The notes: a model not told the origin generated them from the letters alone. Positions 24,500-39,221 are shown, counted from the first letter of the stretch. The stretch is 64,000 nucleotides of DNA from Microthyrium microscopicum (GCA_010405405.1 MU004235.1:200538-264537); one strand, 5' to 3'. Program-made: numbers and translations.

Positions 24500-26898
24500 T
24501 CATAGATCGTAGTGCTACGTGACGGCATAATATGCGAACGATGGTTATCGTGGGGTACGTTTCCCTACCTCCCATGCAGGAAAAGCTGGCGGCGGTGCAG
24601 AAAGTCTGTGTATGACGATGATTAGTTCTCTTCAATAGCACCCCGATCACCCTCTGTAAACTTACATCAGGATCTCAAACTCTTCATAGCGGCTGAGTCT
24701 ATGGTCGCCACGTCGGTAGATTTTCATGGCCTCTGTCTTTGCTCTTCGAAGTCCACGAGGTCCAACATCAAGGAGCTGGTTCATGCCGCGGCTGGTCCGG
24801 TACATCGGATCAAGAACCATGAGGAAGCGCTCACCAGATACGTGACGTTCAATTCCGATGATGGTGAGTGAATGTCCAGGCTGTTGCAGGTAGAGCGGAG
24901 GTAGCAATGTGCGATTGATTCGCTCACCTGGAGCTGGATGGCCGGCATAGTTGGTGGTTTGAGACACGCCAGATTGGAAATACGCCTCAACTTTGTCGCA
25001 GAGATTTTCATGAGCGTACTGCTCTTTGGAGTCGGCAAATGCATATACTTCGCAGTCAATGTTAAGATTGGCATAAAGCGCCATGGCCTATCATCATCAC
25101 CAAAGAGGTTAGCAAGTCGCCCACAGGTATCAGTCAGGTCTTGGAGAATCTGCTTACCTCCAACGTCCCAATCCATTTTCTTGTTCCTTTCAACGTGCCA
25201 ATCTGCTGTCTACTAATAGGACTAATGCCATTGTCCCATGCATTTTCGATGACATCTTGCAAATGGAGAATACCAGGTACCTGGTTACCGGGAAACATTT
25301 CATGGCCAACTGCTTTCGCACCTTGCAGATATGAGACTTGCATCTGAATATTTCGGTAGCCGCAAAAGCCACCCTCATTGCTCTCCTTGCACACATGCGT
25401 GGTAGCCGGATGACAGTAGAAAGCATAGCCAACATCTGGATCTAGTTCTGACAGCCGTGCAAGCATGGGCACAATGCCAGGGGTTTCGTTTTCAACTACC
25501 TCATGTTTTACAACACGGCCGTCGCGGCTAATGTGATTATAGCGATGGACTTTGGGACCGCGTTCCAGTTGCTGGTAAAGCCACTTTGGCATGTGCTTCT
25601 CGTATGCATGCGGTCCTAATTCTTTTCTCTTTCGCCAGATAGTCAGCATTTTGCAGTTTTCAAAGGTAGGTCAAGTAATAGGGAAGAAGGGGGATATGCC
25701 CATTCTTATAAAGAGGGAAGGTACAGTAACTTACACCTAATCTTATTGGATTGAGATCTCTGGATGACTTCCTCTTGCCTGGATCTCCGAATAGACCATT
25801 GATGAAAGAGTATTTGCGTTTTATGCCATTCCAACTAAAACCACTGTGATGGCGTTTACGGCGAAGTTTTCTGGGATTTTCGTTGACGTTCCTCAGCGGT
25901 TCTGGAAGGTTTGTACTCAATTGTGGCTTGGTTTCGGCATCGAATTGGCTTGCTTGATCTGAAATGCTCGCATTTTCTTCGTCCGATGAAACTCCAATAG
26001 GTCTATCTGATGAGATATTCGCTGGATGCAAAAGAAAGCTGCTTGTCTCGGAATTGACGAGGGTACCAGCGGTACTGCTGGATGAGAACATGGCAGCGGG
26101 CGAGGAGCGCCGACGGTTGGGCGAAACCGGATTTGAGCTGGTTGCACTCGAAGCAGAGGAGCCAACTTTGAAGTGATCCATTTTCCGAGATTTGGCTGAT
26201 GTCGGAGAATGCTGATTGATGCAAGCTTGAGGAGCATAGTACGAGTTTAAAGCGTGTGAATTCAGATCAGGATCTTTTGGGCTGGTAATTGTGCTTTGGG
26301 AAGATGCGTAGACTTTGGATTTATGTGAGCGAGAAGATGTAGACGATGAATAGTGACGAGAGTGGTAATGATGTTGATTCTGATGCTGTAATTGTTGTTG
26401 TGGAGCAGAAGATGGATCGTCCAAGACAACCTGCTCTGCTTGATGGAGCTCGATATGCTCGTCAATCTCGCTGGCAGGCACTTCCTCGCCGCACTCCTCT
26501 AACGGGCAGGATACAAACTCATCTTCAGCAGCATCGTCGGAGCTATTGTCGCTTTCTTCAGAGATATCGTCTTCTGGTACTGTTCGAATGGTAGGAGTGA
26601 CTGCTATAGGGGCAGGCGGAGGCGCCCGATTTGGCAGCGGAGGAGTGATGTTCATTTCCATTGACGAATAGCCTGTAAGTGGTTTCCTAAGAACAGAAGG
26701 AGGCCTCCTTGATGGGGGTGGTAAGAGCGGAGGAGATGGTGTTCTTTCTGGTGATGCCCGGTGTTCAGGGCCATCGCGAAAGACGAACTCAGATCCATCT
26801 GTATGCCGCTTCTCAATGTGCTCAACTAGATAATCATAGTGGCGATAGCTTTGCCCACAGAATGGACAAGGTTGAATACCCGCTCCATCGTGCTCCAT
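24500..26898 (-). CDS. Peptidase C78 family (ZUP1/ZUFSP/Mug105-like deubiquitinase) with N-terminal zinc fingers; 3' end approximate
   Basis: CPFCGQ..HIEKRH and CPLEECGE..HIELH fingers; catalytic EGGFCGYRNIQM, WIGT, LYLQQPGHSLTIIG and VLDP. Confidence 0.85.
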
Positions 26899-28053
26899 CT
26901 GACTCGCTGTTACCTGTTAGGCTGTTAGGCATGAAAGTAACGGGAGCGCAATTGTGCTACGTTACCAGGTGTGGTCAACAAAGGGCAGGAGACAAGGTTT
27001 ATTGTAGTTGCTTCTGGGCGGAAGGCAACAGTTGTGGTCTACTGATGTTAATCAAAGAACAATGGAGAGGAAGTCAAGATATGGTAAAGGTGCAGTTGTT
27101 CGGTCTGTCTAAGAGATATAGATCAGGCTCAGCCGATGCTCAAGATCCTTGTCTCATCGTTGCAACAGCCTGCTAGCTTCGCCTGCATGCATAAACTGCG
27201 CCCGATCCTGAAGCCGGATATAAATATTCAAATATTGCTGCCACGCCGCTTCAATATATCCCGGCTCGTCAGATCAAGAGGTACACGTCTGAATATCAAG
27301 ATGTCCATGGATTGCGTGGGACCTACCTGCTAACCACAGGAATCTTGAGCAGCCCACCCTAATTTGGCATTACAAAGGGACGGATGAACTGTTTAAGAGC
27401 AGTCCCATCACTAAGACACTATTCATCTTCACATTACATATTCACAAAGCCAAAGATTCAAAAGATATCTTCAAAAGTATCCATCTCCACAGGAGACAAG
27501 AAAAGTGTTAATATTGCATGTTCCTTCACCCATCAATCTGACCCCGAGGCCTCCAGAACAACACCCACCATGTGTGTCGATAGACTAGACAGCAATTTCT
27601 GCCATAGAGTACATGGAGTATTTCTAAACCAGCTTCCCAAACTTAATCAGTCGCGCAAAGTTTCCCATTATGGGAAAGCTACAAAAATGGTTTTACAATT
27701 GTGTCAACAGGATTACGAAAACAGGCTTCTCTTTAGCCAATAAAGGAATCCACGCCTCCCAAAAAAGGATATGCATCTGATGTGTGTAAGAGCGCATGGA
27801 AGGATAGAAGAAAGAAGAGTACTTTGAAGAGAGGAGGCCAACTCATGGATGAGCTGGATGCGGGCGAGAAGGGGTGAGCGATGTGGCGAGTGGGTGGTCA
27901 GAGAGGAAGAGGAAAGGTGTGATGAAAAGGGTTTGATAGAATTTTGGGGGTTTGCGCATGGTGGGATGCAAAAAAAGATCGCTTGCTCAACGCGGAAAGA
28001 GGTCCTGCCGATGATGAAAGACTACGTTAAAATTAAGACCGAGCCCAGCAACA

Positions 28054-31000
28054 CTATTGGGGTCCGTCAACGGGGCCAACGGCGAGATCATCGTAGCCGT
28101 TTCCATTGGCGTGGGGCTCACTCTTCTCCTGTTGTTGGAGAGCTTGTTGCGAGACGATTTCGGCGAGACGCTTCAGCTTGGGGGTTTGAAGCCCTGGATA
28201 TTGTTAGTTGCTGTATCAGTGATGGGAATTTTGAGTTGCAAACTTACATGAAGGCGTGTAGGTTTCCAGGGCGGTGATTACTCTGGGCTCAGCAATCTCA
28301 TATGGACCACTGTCATCCATGTCAACTGCGGTGAGTAGAAGGACGTCGCTCTTCTCCGTTACACGGGAGGCAACGGCTTTCATTATTTCTCCATTGATGG
28401 GCTGTTCATAATCGGCCACGAGATATTGGTTCAGGAGCTTTTGGATTTGGGTGGGTGAAAGCCTATAGAAGTGATTAGCTTTAGATAGAACAGAATGTGG
28501 TGATATCTTACATCCAGCAGATATCTTGAATGATTTCGATATCGTTGAGGGTAGCCTTCTTCAGCTGAAGTAGTTTTGTTGCTTGCTAAGATAAAGGTTA
28601 GTACAGTCAAAATGATATAGACTGGTCATTCTCACCATAAGATGTTCAAGCTGAAGAGTGCCCTCAGGCATATCGTGACCCTTGCACCACTCCTCGATGC
28701 GGGTGATGTTGTAGTTAATTTGAAGACCACGCTTCCAGGAGAGGAAATTGCGACGCATGAGCAAGTCGTTAAATGCCGTGACACCAACTAACCTCAAGAG
28801 CTCGGTGACCGTCTGAGTAATTATGGAATCTTCAAGATAATAAGCCTTCATAGCCTTGTAGACATTGTTCAACAAGCTGAGCAAGTTGTCCATGCTGTAG
28901 GCAGGATTGCTGTTTGTATTGAGAAGCTTGCCAAGGAATCGGTTGCTCTCGTTAGTCACAAAGCCAGGAAGAGACTGAGATTCGATGATTGCTGGTACAA
29001 TCATCTTGTGCAACTTCTTTTTCAAGACCTTCATCCAGGTGTGATATATGTTGAACTCAAGCGATTCAAGGTCATGCTTGACAATCTCCAGGAGGCGGTC
29101 GTACTCGTAGTTCTCCGTCTTTTGTTGTTCATACCAATCCTCAGCAAGGAAAACGAATGATAGCATCTCGTGGACATTGGAAAGCCAGAAGGCCCCGGGG
29201 TTAATGGCTTCTTCCCCGTCGTGTGCCATGACTTCTTGTTGGATAGATTGCATGACATTGGCGAGGAACTTTTCGCTTTCTTTGACGAAACCGTTGTTCC
29301 ACATTTCCGAGGTAACAAGGTTGATGAGATATGCAGGGAAAAGAATCTCCTTATCGCTCGGTGGAGGTGTAGAGTTGGGGCTTGGAATCTTGAGATTGCG
29401 GATCAGACCCATGGTGACTTCTTCGTTAAGAATGTCTTCATCGGAAAGTATCTCCTCTAGCTCGAACTCGACATTATCGGTTGTACCAGCGAAACTATTG
29501 CCAGAAACATTTTGAAGATGTTTACTTGAGGTGACAGCCATGGAAACTGGGCGAGGGTTGAAAGCACCACTAAAGCGGTCCATAGCGACAAGCTCTGCTC
29601 CAGCGCTTCTTCGTTTGGGTCTCTTGGATGAAACTAGGTTGATGAGACCAGCAGGAGCTGCGTGTCCATTCATGTCTCCATTCATCATAACACCAGATCG
29701 TTTGATCTCTTCCAGTTGATCTTGCAATTGAGCCAGCTGTTCTTGCAGAGTTGATTTCTCATTCTCGTGAATGCTGTGCCGTTGATTTGAGACACTAAGT
29801 TCCTCCTTCGTCTGTCGTAGAGATTCTCGGAGAGCTTGTTCTTCCTCTTGCAGGCGACGAAGACCTTGATTAGCCTCGTCGTAAGAGACCTGTAAAGCTT
29901 TGTGCTCTCCTTCCAATTGACTCAGACGAGCAGCAGTAATACCAGCTTGGTTGGCTTCGACTTGCAACTCCTTGTTTCGAGCTTCCAAGGCGTTGTGTCG
30001 AGTTTTCCATGACTTGACCTGGTTCTCGTAGTTTTCGACCTGAACTTGAAGAGTCTTGTTGTCGCGCTTCATCGAACCTAAGTTTTGGGTAAGCTCCACA
30101 ACCTTGTTCTCCAGCTTGTAGGAAATTTGCTTGAGGTCGCGAGCTTCTTGTCGTACAAGCTTGTACTCTCCACGAGCTTGCCGCCCTCGCCATAAGCTTT
30201 GAATGATGACGATCTTTTTGCGGTATTGTCGCCATGACCGAAGGTGTTGTCTCTGCCGCCAGTTCTTTTGAATGAGACGAGCGGCGTTGCCAAGCCGGGT
30301 ATCCATGATGAGTTTTCGGCAGAGGTATCCACGTGCGCTGGCTTGAAAAAGGATGACATTGTTGCGGATGATGGTAAAGGCTTTTCGCTGCTTCGAACCT
30401 TTCCATACGCGCTGTATGGTAGTCGCAGCCTTGTGCTTGCGGGCGTCCGCGGCACGCGTCCGGGAGAAGTTACCACGAACCAAGGATTGAAACTCGACCA
30501 CTGCTTGACGTGCTTCTAGATACTTGCGGCGGTAATACTTGCAGCGGAGGTTCTTTTGAATCATGATAGCAGCTGCGTTCAAACGCGCTGTTCGCTTGTC
30601 TTCCAGGAAAGCCAGCATACCAGCACGGAAGAAGATCTTCGTGAGACCCAATTGATATTTGTCACTGCCGTCGTTTTTCGCTACACCAAGCGCCCGGCTT
30701 AGAATGGCATCAGCCATAGCTCTAATCTCTGGTGTCCATTCGGAGGATGGTACGAGCATGTAGTAACGCATGGCAAATTCCTGATAAGTCCAACGGGTGG
30801 GATAGCCCGCACAACTTATTCGAACAGTTTCCAAGACACCACAGGCGCGCAGTTGACTAAGGACCATAGGGCCTTCGAACTTCCATGCTTCCTTAGCTTC
30901 GTTCGGCTTGATACATCGGATGTAATGCGCATCTGTGGACCCGATAGTTGCCATAAGTTCGATCAGCGATGACTTGAAAATTCCACCAAGTGTTGGTTTT

Positions 31001-33258
31001 CTGCTAGAGGCACCAACTCTTCGGCCAGATGTCGCAACGGCACCTGGTCTTTGAACTGAAGCACTCTCCTTCTCGCGGTGAGCAGTTGACACTTCCAGAA
31101 CTTCCGTCAGGAATGGATTTGATGATGCCCTCAAGACTTCGAGGTGCTCATCAGGGACAGTATCTCTGTTCTTTTCGATGAAGCCTTCGGATTCATATGC
31201 GACATCAATGGCATAATGACAAATCGTGAAAGCGCTCTTGCCAAATCGAGGTTTCTTGTAAAACTTGTGCTTGTCAGATCCAAAATTATGGTGTAGCTTG
31301 GTGACAAATTGATCATCAGATCCCATGGGCAACCTAGACTCCTCGTCGAGCAGAGACAAAACACCAAGTTTACCTTCGATCAGCTCAATGCAAGGCTGAT
31401 TGTCCGAGAATTCAATAAACTTCCATTCAATCTCTTCACGGATATATTCTTCCTGTTCGAGTTTGAAGACGTGCGCGTTGAACTCTTGTTGCAGTTTCTC
31501 GTTGGCATAGTTGATGCAAAACTGTTCGAACGAATTCTTTGCGAAATGTTCGAATCCGTAAATATCAAGAACACCAATAAAACTATGGGCGTGAGCTAGC
31601 ACTTCTTCAGTTGCTAGACTGGAGTTGATTGTCTCAACGAGCCAGTCAAATAGACTCGAATAAATGTACTTGGCGACTGAGTCACGGACAACAATAGCTT
31701 GCTGTTGTGTTAAGTTGGATTGAATCTTCTCTCCACGTGTGACGAGTTGCTTCTTTATAGTCCATTTAGCAAAAGTTGTAGCGTCGATGCCGAGCAGTTG
31801 CGCAGCTTTGACGAGAGCTGGTTCATCAGACATCAATACTGAGTCTGTCCGAGTAGCTGTAATTTTGACATTGCCGATGTGCAGGAGTGCGGCCAAGATT
31901 TGAAATATTTCGGCCTGTGTGTTGTCATTGACTCCGATAGTGGATAGAGATTTCCTGAGCGCATTGAATTCGGCCTTGTCGTCTACACCATCAATAACGG
32001 GTGCGGATCCCTGGTTGAGGTAGTCAAAGTCATTAACCGGCAATAGGCCAAACTTCTCTCGCTCCAGGTCCGTTGCGCCAGCAACAAGTTGGTAGAATAT
32101 GTGATAATTTCGCTCCTTGAGCGGTTGGAATACTAGTCGAGACCGCTCCAGAAGGTATGTCCGGATTTTGGCACCAACGATATCGGTCTGCTTATTAAAC
32201 ATAATCTCTATGTATTTACCGAAACGGGAGGAGTTGTCGTTACGAGTGGTTTTCGCGTTACCGAACGCTTCCATGATGGGATTGGTGGCGAGGATCTGCT
32301 CTTCTGTCTCACTGACAGCATCGGCCTTGCCTTTGGAGCGCTTTCCGGGTTGTGAAGGATCTTCTCGGGTTGCAAAGTATCGCATAATGTATTTGGCACT
32401 GACAGTCTTTCCGGCACCAGACTCGCCAGAAACGATAATTGTTTGATTCCGATCATCTCGAATCATGTCTCTGCGGATAGTCAGTATAATCAAGTATGCT
32501 GCAAGCTGTGATCACGTACGAAAAAGCCTCTTCAGCAATGGCGAAAAGATGGGGTGCTTGTTCTGCTCTCGATTTCCCAGCATAAATCTGCACCATACCA
32601 GGCACATAGAGCGAGTCCACTCTGGCAAAAGGATTGGTCGCTATCAGGACAATGCCCGAGTATGTGTAAATTTCCTTCTGGGCATACCGCAGCTTGATGG
32701 CCTGCAACACTGTGATGGAATTAGCAGGATAGCGACGATCAAGGTTAATTCAACGACGGCGTACCGGCAGGCTCATTAAGATGTGATAGACTCGTGAGAT
32801 CATCGCTGGCTTCGAGCATGGCTGGGTTCATCAAGGGCGGTAGTTTGGAGGTGAAGGGGTCATCTTTCAGAGCAGCTAGGGTGGTCTGCACTGTTTTCGT
32901 CTATAGGCAAGAAAGGTTAGCAAAGTGTGCTTGAACGAGGTGGTTTGCGATATGCTTCTCATGGGAGGTCTCGTGGTGCAGTTTCCCATTCCAAGATGTA
33001 GCAAAAGGGAAAGGGCGATGATAGTTGGCAATGACCCAAGATGGAAGTGGCCCCCAGAAGTTTGGATGGAAACAATCCAAAATAAACAATAGGTGGAAGT
33101 AACAATAAGAAGTGTCGTCTTACCTCGCCATTCTCAAGCCGGAAGACTATACGAAGCTTATCGCCTTCTACCAACTTTTCCTCGACCTCCGACGGCACCC
33201 ATCCCTCGCTGGCGTCTGGCTGCCATGCTCGCGTCCCTACTTCATATGTGTCGGACAT
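28054..33258 (-). CDS. MYO2: Class V myosin (multi-exon)
   Basis: GESGAGKT P-loop, LDIYGFE switch II, IQ repeats, coiled coil and DIL domain (KRGLQINYNITRIEEWC); last exon ends DLAVGPVDGPQ*. Confidence 0.97.
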
Positions 33259-35023
33259 TGTAATTATGATAGTGGTCTATAGGGAATAAAAGGACCGGCC
33301 AGAAATGTAAATGGTGATGGCGATGGCTCGGGGAGTGGTTGTCGCCAATTGATGGAAGAAAGGGGATAAAAAGTAGCCGCAACAGTACGCTTAGCAAGAA
33401 GCGACAAGGACCATGGCCAGTCTCTCCAGGACTAGGCAGAAAGAAGCCCGCAGGCGGGATTACAAGAAGGTAAAAAGGATGCTTGCGAAGAAATGGACTA
33501 CGCAGCAGGAATGAAGGGCGGATGATGGAAAGAGAGCGGAAGGGAGTGGAGGATGTCGAAGTAGAGTATGTGTAGCTGAAGAAAGCTGATGGATGGTTCA
33601 AAGTCGCGGTGTCAGGGCGTTAGTGCATTGCTGGCGTACAGCAAGATCAGCGTGAGTCTGTGAGAGGTCAAAGAAGCCTAGGACGGTTTAACCACGTTCC
33701 TCTTGTTCCTGGCTCTGGGCCTCTGGCTGCTGAACTGCTGGCTGCGTCTTTCGCGAAGGCTTTGGGGCGTGTGTCCCTTGCGACGTGGAGTAGAAAAGCA
33801 AGGATCCGCGGTTATGGGCCAAACTGCACTGTAATTGGATCCTTGGCATTTTCCCCCTTTCTATCACTGCTACAGTACCTTCGTAAAAGTTGTTTGCGTG
33901 CTGCCTTTTAACTTTACATCCAGAAAATAAGCATTCGTGAAGAGCTCTTCTCTTGACTACCCGCTGGCGGTGTAGCCCGGCACGGCTACCGTCTCCATAT
34001 ATGGTCAGAATGCCCATAAACTCCCTGCTTGTGCCTCTCCTCTTTCTCTCTTGGTTCCTGAGTCTGCATATCCGCTTAATCAGCCTACTTTTGATCTTTC
34101 ACGCCAGAGGCACACAGTTACAGTACAGACGAGCCAATTGAAAAGCATATATTCATGCCAGTTGTGCCTACAATGGCAAACCATTTCCACACTTTGAGAC
34201 ATGCTTTTCAACCGTTCACCGGTTCCACGAATCCACAACCCACATTGTGCCCATGACAATCCCATGAGCCACAGAAACACGTCCATACAGTTTCTCTCCC
34301 GCGCGTCTCGCGTCTCCTGAATGCAACCATACTACTAGTATATTACAATCAAGATTGTCTTGGATCCTCTCCCATTATTGTGCACCATATAAGACAGGAT
34401 GTTATGCCAAAGCTCCCGTCCCATGCTATATCCTCGCTCACCTAAAGCACTACTATCTCGTACCCTGAGTCAAATCATCGAGGTCGAATTGCGGTTTGCG
34501 CCGAGTCAGAAACAACTACAAGGCACATATGCCAGATCCATTTCCGTACTCCACTATCCAGGCCCGCCGCACATATCATTCGGCCAATATACGCTTTAGA
34601 CGCCCGTTGAAACTAAATCTGTGCTCTATATCCGTGAATCCCACCCACTTACCATTCATCTCTTTGCATTATACTGTAGCCTAAAGTTATCTATTATTGT
34701 CAATTCAAATGTAGCTTACTGCATTGGCTCTTTTGCAAAACGTCCAATGGGCCGAGAGTAGTTTCCAGCGCCAATTCGACACACCACAACGTCGAATTCA
34801 AGGCAGCAGTATTTAATCTCACAAACCTAGATTTGACCTTTCAGATCATTTACCAGGATGGAAGATTAAGCTTGTTTGAATTACAATTGTGCCACGGGCA
34901 GAACAACCACTTCAATATACACAGGGTCCAAGCGCTCGGATGCCGACGTCAGAGCCTCAATTCCAAAAAAATCCCGGAACCTCTATCGTGATATTGCCCA
35001 GTGTGCCATATTACCGTCGCCCA

Positions 35024-36174
35024 ATGCCTACAATGCGGCCTCCTCGCATACGCCCAACTGCGCTCCGTAGCTTCCAAATCACGCCTCTGCGCAGAATCTC
35101 CTCCGCAAGTCCCTGGCACTGGCACTCCGGCGAAACCGTCGACCTCGCCTTCGACCTCCACAAAGAAGGCGAATGCAAAACCGACTCGTCAAAATGCAAA
35201 CCACCCATAATATTCCTCCACGGTCTCTTCGGCTCCAAAATCAACAACCGCAGCATCGGCAAGCACGTCTTCCCTCCACCCTTGTCCCATTGACACACAT
35301 CAACTAACATCTGTTTAGACGACTATCCCGCTCCCTCAACCGTCCCGTTTACGCCCTCGTCCGTACCCTCACCACCTTTCCATACCGCTTTGCTAATACA
35401 TCCAAAGGATCTACGCAACCACGGCGCCTCCCCTCACAACCCCGAACACACCTACGCCGCTCTCGCCGCCGACGTCGCCGCCTTTCTTTCCAAACACTCC
35501 ATATCGCGGCCAACGCTAATCGGGCACAGTATGGGCGCCAAAGCAGCCATGGCGCTGGCACTCTGGGAACCAGACCGTATCGCGAACTTGATAGCAGTTG
35601 ACAATGCGCCCGTAGACGCAGCGTTAAAGAGCGATTTCCATTCATATGTGGCTGGAATGCGGGCGGTGAGTCGAGCGGGTGTGGGGACGCAGAAGGAGGC
35701 GGATGGGATATTAAGTGAATATGCGAAAGTAAGTAAAGTCACCCAGGATATATGGAGGGGGTTGGGCTAATGATTTGCTTAGGAGTTACCGGTACGACAG
35801 TTTCTGTTGACGAATCTGGTGAGGCCGAAGACGGGGGATAGTAAGGTTCTTGAGTGGCGGATTCCGGTGGAGGATTTGGCGAGGCAGTTGGATGGGATGG
35901 GTGATTTTCCGTTTAGGGATCCGGAGAAGGCTAGGTTTGAAGGGCCGACATTGATTGTGAGGGGGACGAAGAGTCCGTATGTCGCGGATGAAGCTTTGCC
36001 GGTGATAGGGAGGTTTTTTCCGAGGTTTAGGTTGGTTGATATTGAGTCTGGGCATTGGGTTATTAGTGAGAATCCGGAGGCGTTTAAAGATGGTGAGTGA
36101 TGATCGGCTGGATTGTGTGGTGTATGCTAACGTGACATACAGCCGTTGTCGAATTTTTGGAGGATAAAGATTAA
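35024..36174 (+). CDS. Mitochondrial alpha/beta hydrolase (ABHD11-like), 5 exons
   Basis: Arg/Ser-rich presequence, IFLHGLFGSKINNRS, DLRNHG, GHSMG nucleophile elbow, VDNAP, GHWVISENPEAF. Confidence 0.88.
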
Positions 36175-36346
36175 TAGCCATGAAGCGGAAGCAAAATATA
36201 CCCCTAGAGAATCAAAGCATCACGCTGCGCAGATAGATAGACAGAAATTAATTGATCAAAGCAGCCATTGAATTGATTTCAGTTTAATCAATCATAACAC
36301 CGTATATGCCGTAGCCCAGAATGAGAATTGATCCACTGCATGATTT

Positions 36347-37285
36347 TTACACCTCTTCCAAGACAGTCTCCTTGAACTCCCGCTCAACCTTCTGGCCAGA
36401 GTCATCAGTTGTCGAGTCACCGTGAAGAGCCAAAAGAGCACCCAGATCGAACTTGGGTGCCTTGAGGAGCTTGACCTTGCGAACATAGACCTGAGAATAA
36501 TGTTAGATACGGCCAGAAGTTTGTAAACAATGATAACCTACGTTTTGGAGAGGATAGATGCCGTGGCATGCAGACTCGATCTCACGGCCAATGGCCTCTG
36601 GGATGAGCTTTCCAACCAATTGGTGGAGTGTGAGACCATGGGATTGCTTGGCAATAACCTCCATCATCTTCTTGCGGATTTGACGGATCTGCGAGCTTTG
36701 TGCATAGGTAGTCTTCTTGATCTGGTTGTTCCGCTTTTTGGTGAAGGCAATGATGAATAGGCGGACGAGGTAGTCATCGGTAGTCTTGACGACAGTGTTG
36801 GCCTCAATGAGAGTTTGCCACTTGCGCACGAGCGAGCGAAGCTTGTCGGAGGTAAAGTCGAGACCGTGGAAGTTGGTCAAGCAGTTCTTGCCTTGGACTT
36901 CGTCGACCCGGAGTTTGACCTTTCGGAATGCGTGGTCTTCATCTTTCTGGAGATCGGCGAGCGAGACTTCGAAGATGCGGCCCTTGAGGGCGTCGTTGGC
37001 GTTTTTGAGACCGGTGGTGCGGTTCACGAGGGTTTTGCCGACTCTGTAGAAAAAGATTCATTAGCGACTGTTCAAAGTAGTACAATCAACGCAATAATCT
37101 TGAGCTGTCCCATTGATTATATCTCCAATGGCGTAAGGATGTGAATTTTGTGGGTTGACGTACTGGCGATGTTGGAATGTGGTGGGAGCCTTGACATCGT
37201 ACCAATCCTTCTTTGCGAAAGGATCGGTTCGCTTCTTCAAGCCCTTTTTGCCTTTCGAAAGGCGCTTGTTCTTGCCTACAGCCAT
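36347..37285 (-). CDS. RPS1: 40S ribosomal protein eS1 (S1/S3a), 3 exons
   Basis: [57 protein letters not shown]. Confidence 0.97.
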
Positions 37286-38610
37286 GATTGCGACGAGAGG
37301 GTGGTGGTTGGCAGGTCGCGCACTTGTCTGTTTGGTGTTGGATTTTCATCAACTGAATTGGAACGCATAGTGGGTTGGTTGTGGTGGCTTGGCATTCGAT
37401 GAGTAAGCTTCTTGAGCGCTAGTACACTTTAGCTTAGGCGCACTAGAACAGCCCCATATATCCAGCTAACCAGCCCCTGACCCTTTTATCGCGTGCTCCT
37501 TTTTGGGATATCGCGTAACTACAGTTCTTCAACTTTGCAGTCGCTGGAGAATCACCTCCCAGCAAACCCGTCAGACACTTCTCAGAAGCTTACGATGGGC
37601 CAGGCCCAAATACTGACCCTTCATCTTAGGCCCATTGTGCTTTGGATTTCACTCTGGAGTAGCTTCTCCATCACTTGGATCCTCCCTCAGTCCGCAATCA
37701 TGGGATCCATCATGTTCTGACAGACCAAGCGAGTACGAATCAGGGACCAAGGCTATGCTACTGAGTTTGGAGTACTGATGTTCTATGCCTTTTGACTTTC
37801 TAGTCTTGTGGCCAGTCGACCCATCTGTTTGTAGTCTACAATTGGTCCCCTTCTTAATGTTACCACTTCACCAATATAGGATTTGTCTCATGGCAGTCTA
37901 GCAATCAAGTGAGCCGACTGCAGCATGTGGGTACTAGATTTGCAAATCAAGTAGCCAAGGTATCGTGAGCCTCCTCTTGTATTCATACACAGTCAACTTA
38001 TCCAGTAGCAAAGTCCAGATATAGGCCAGATAACCGGTGGACGAAATAAGTGACGGCTCCCACCATCCACGATCTCTACCATCATGGCTTCTGAGGAGCA
38101 TGTGCCCTATTTTCCAGCCTATTCAATATGTCCGACGTCAAATACAAAACCAATGGGACATAATTTACTCAGTATTGAAACGTGACTGGTGGACGTCATC
38201 GAAAGTGGTTTCAAGCCTGTCATTTTGCCTAATGGTTGTAGGCTCAGATGTCACTGACAGCTGACTTAGCAAACCCAGGGACACAGGTCAGTGAGAGAAA
38301 AATTGCTATAAGCAATTGGGCATCTGATTATGAGCTCAAGGGCCTCTTCCTACCAAAGGGAAATTTTGTATCACCGCAACCTAGCATTTCGGGCACCCGC
38401 TTCTGTCATAACTTAAAGAATTTGCACCCAAGCGGATATGCACAATTCCAGATTGCCATGGCGATTTGACATGCCATTGAGGCAATCTCATAACAGAAGT
38501 ACTGCAGCATTACTACAAATACTCCGTACAGGACATTTCTTTAAGCCCCTAGATCAAGACTTTGACATTCTTGAGACTTTACAGCGGAGGAGCTAATAAC
38601 AAGCATCAAA

Positions 38611-39221
38611 ATGAGTCAATCCAAATCAGCCAACAAATGCATTCATTGCTCCATCCCGCTACCATGCAACGATGCCGGCCAAACTTGCACTCATTGCCTA
38701 GAAATGATGCCACTTCTCAAGATGTTGTGGAAATCATCCGCCAAAACCAAGACCACCATCTACGTGCCTCTCTCGTACTATTCTCCGCGAGGCACGCATT
38801 TGCAGCTCGATTACATGTGGACCGCAGAAGATATCAAACAGTATGAAGAGCATGGCATGATCAAGTTCGACTGCTTCCTACCGAATGCCAGGGAAAGAAT
38901 GGTGATCGAGGTATGTTATACTCTCGATTCTCCTCGCTGTGCTCATTTTCGCAACAGATCGTTCCTCTCAAGATAGTCAATGGTGATGCACACGTTGCTA
39001 GAGCAGACATATACAGACGTACCAACAACCGGTTTGTGATGTCCGGCCCTTTTGCTCCTGGCGGTCTGGTTATCATTCCATCCAATTACCTCAATCTTCC
39101 CAAGTTATCCCTCACTGAGCTTGAGGCGATCAAGGTTGACGAAAGTACCATTCCTCTGGACGCTTGCGTGCACAAAACTCGTGTCGGCCCAAATAATGAG
39201 CTATTGATTGTCAGAGACTGA
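38611..39221 (+). CDS. Small orphan protein with an N-terminal CxxC...CxxC motif, 2 exons
   Basis: Intron 38911-38957 (GTATGT..GCTCAT..CAG) joins ORFs 38611 and 38913 (..RMVIE|IVPLKIV..); CIHC and CTHC pairs. Confidence 0.6.

Noticed and set aside
31545..31560. GTTCGAATCC tRNA T-loop-like motif
   Set aside because: It is the antisense of the myosin YGFEH coding sequence, with no cloverleaf around it.
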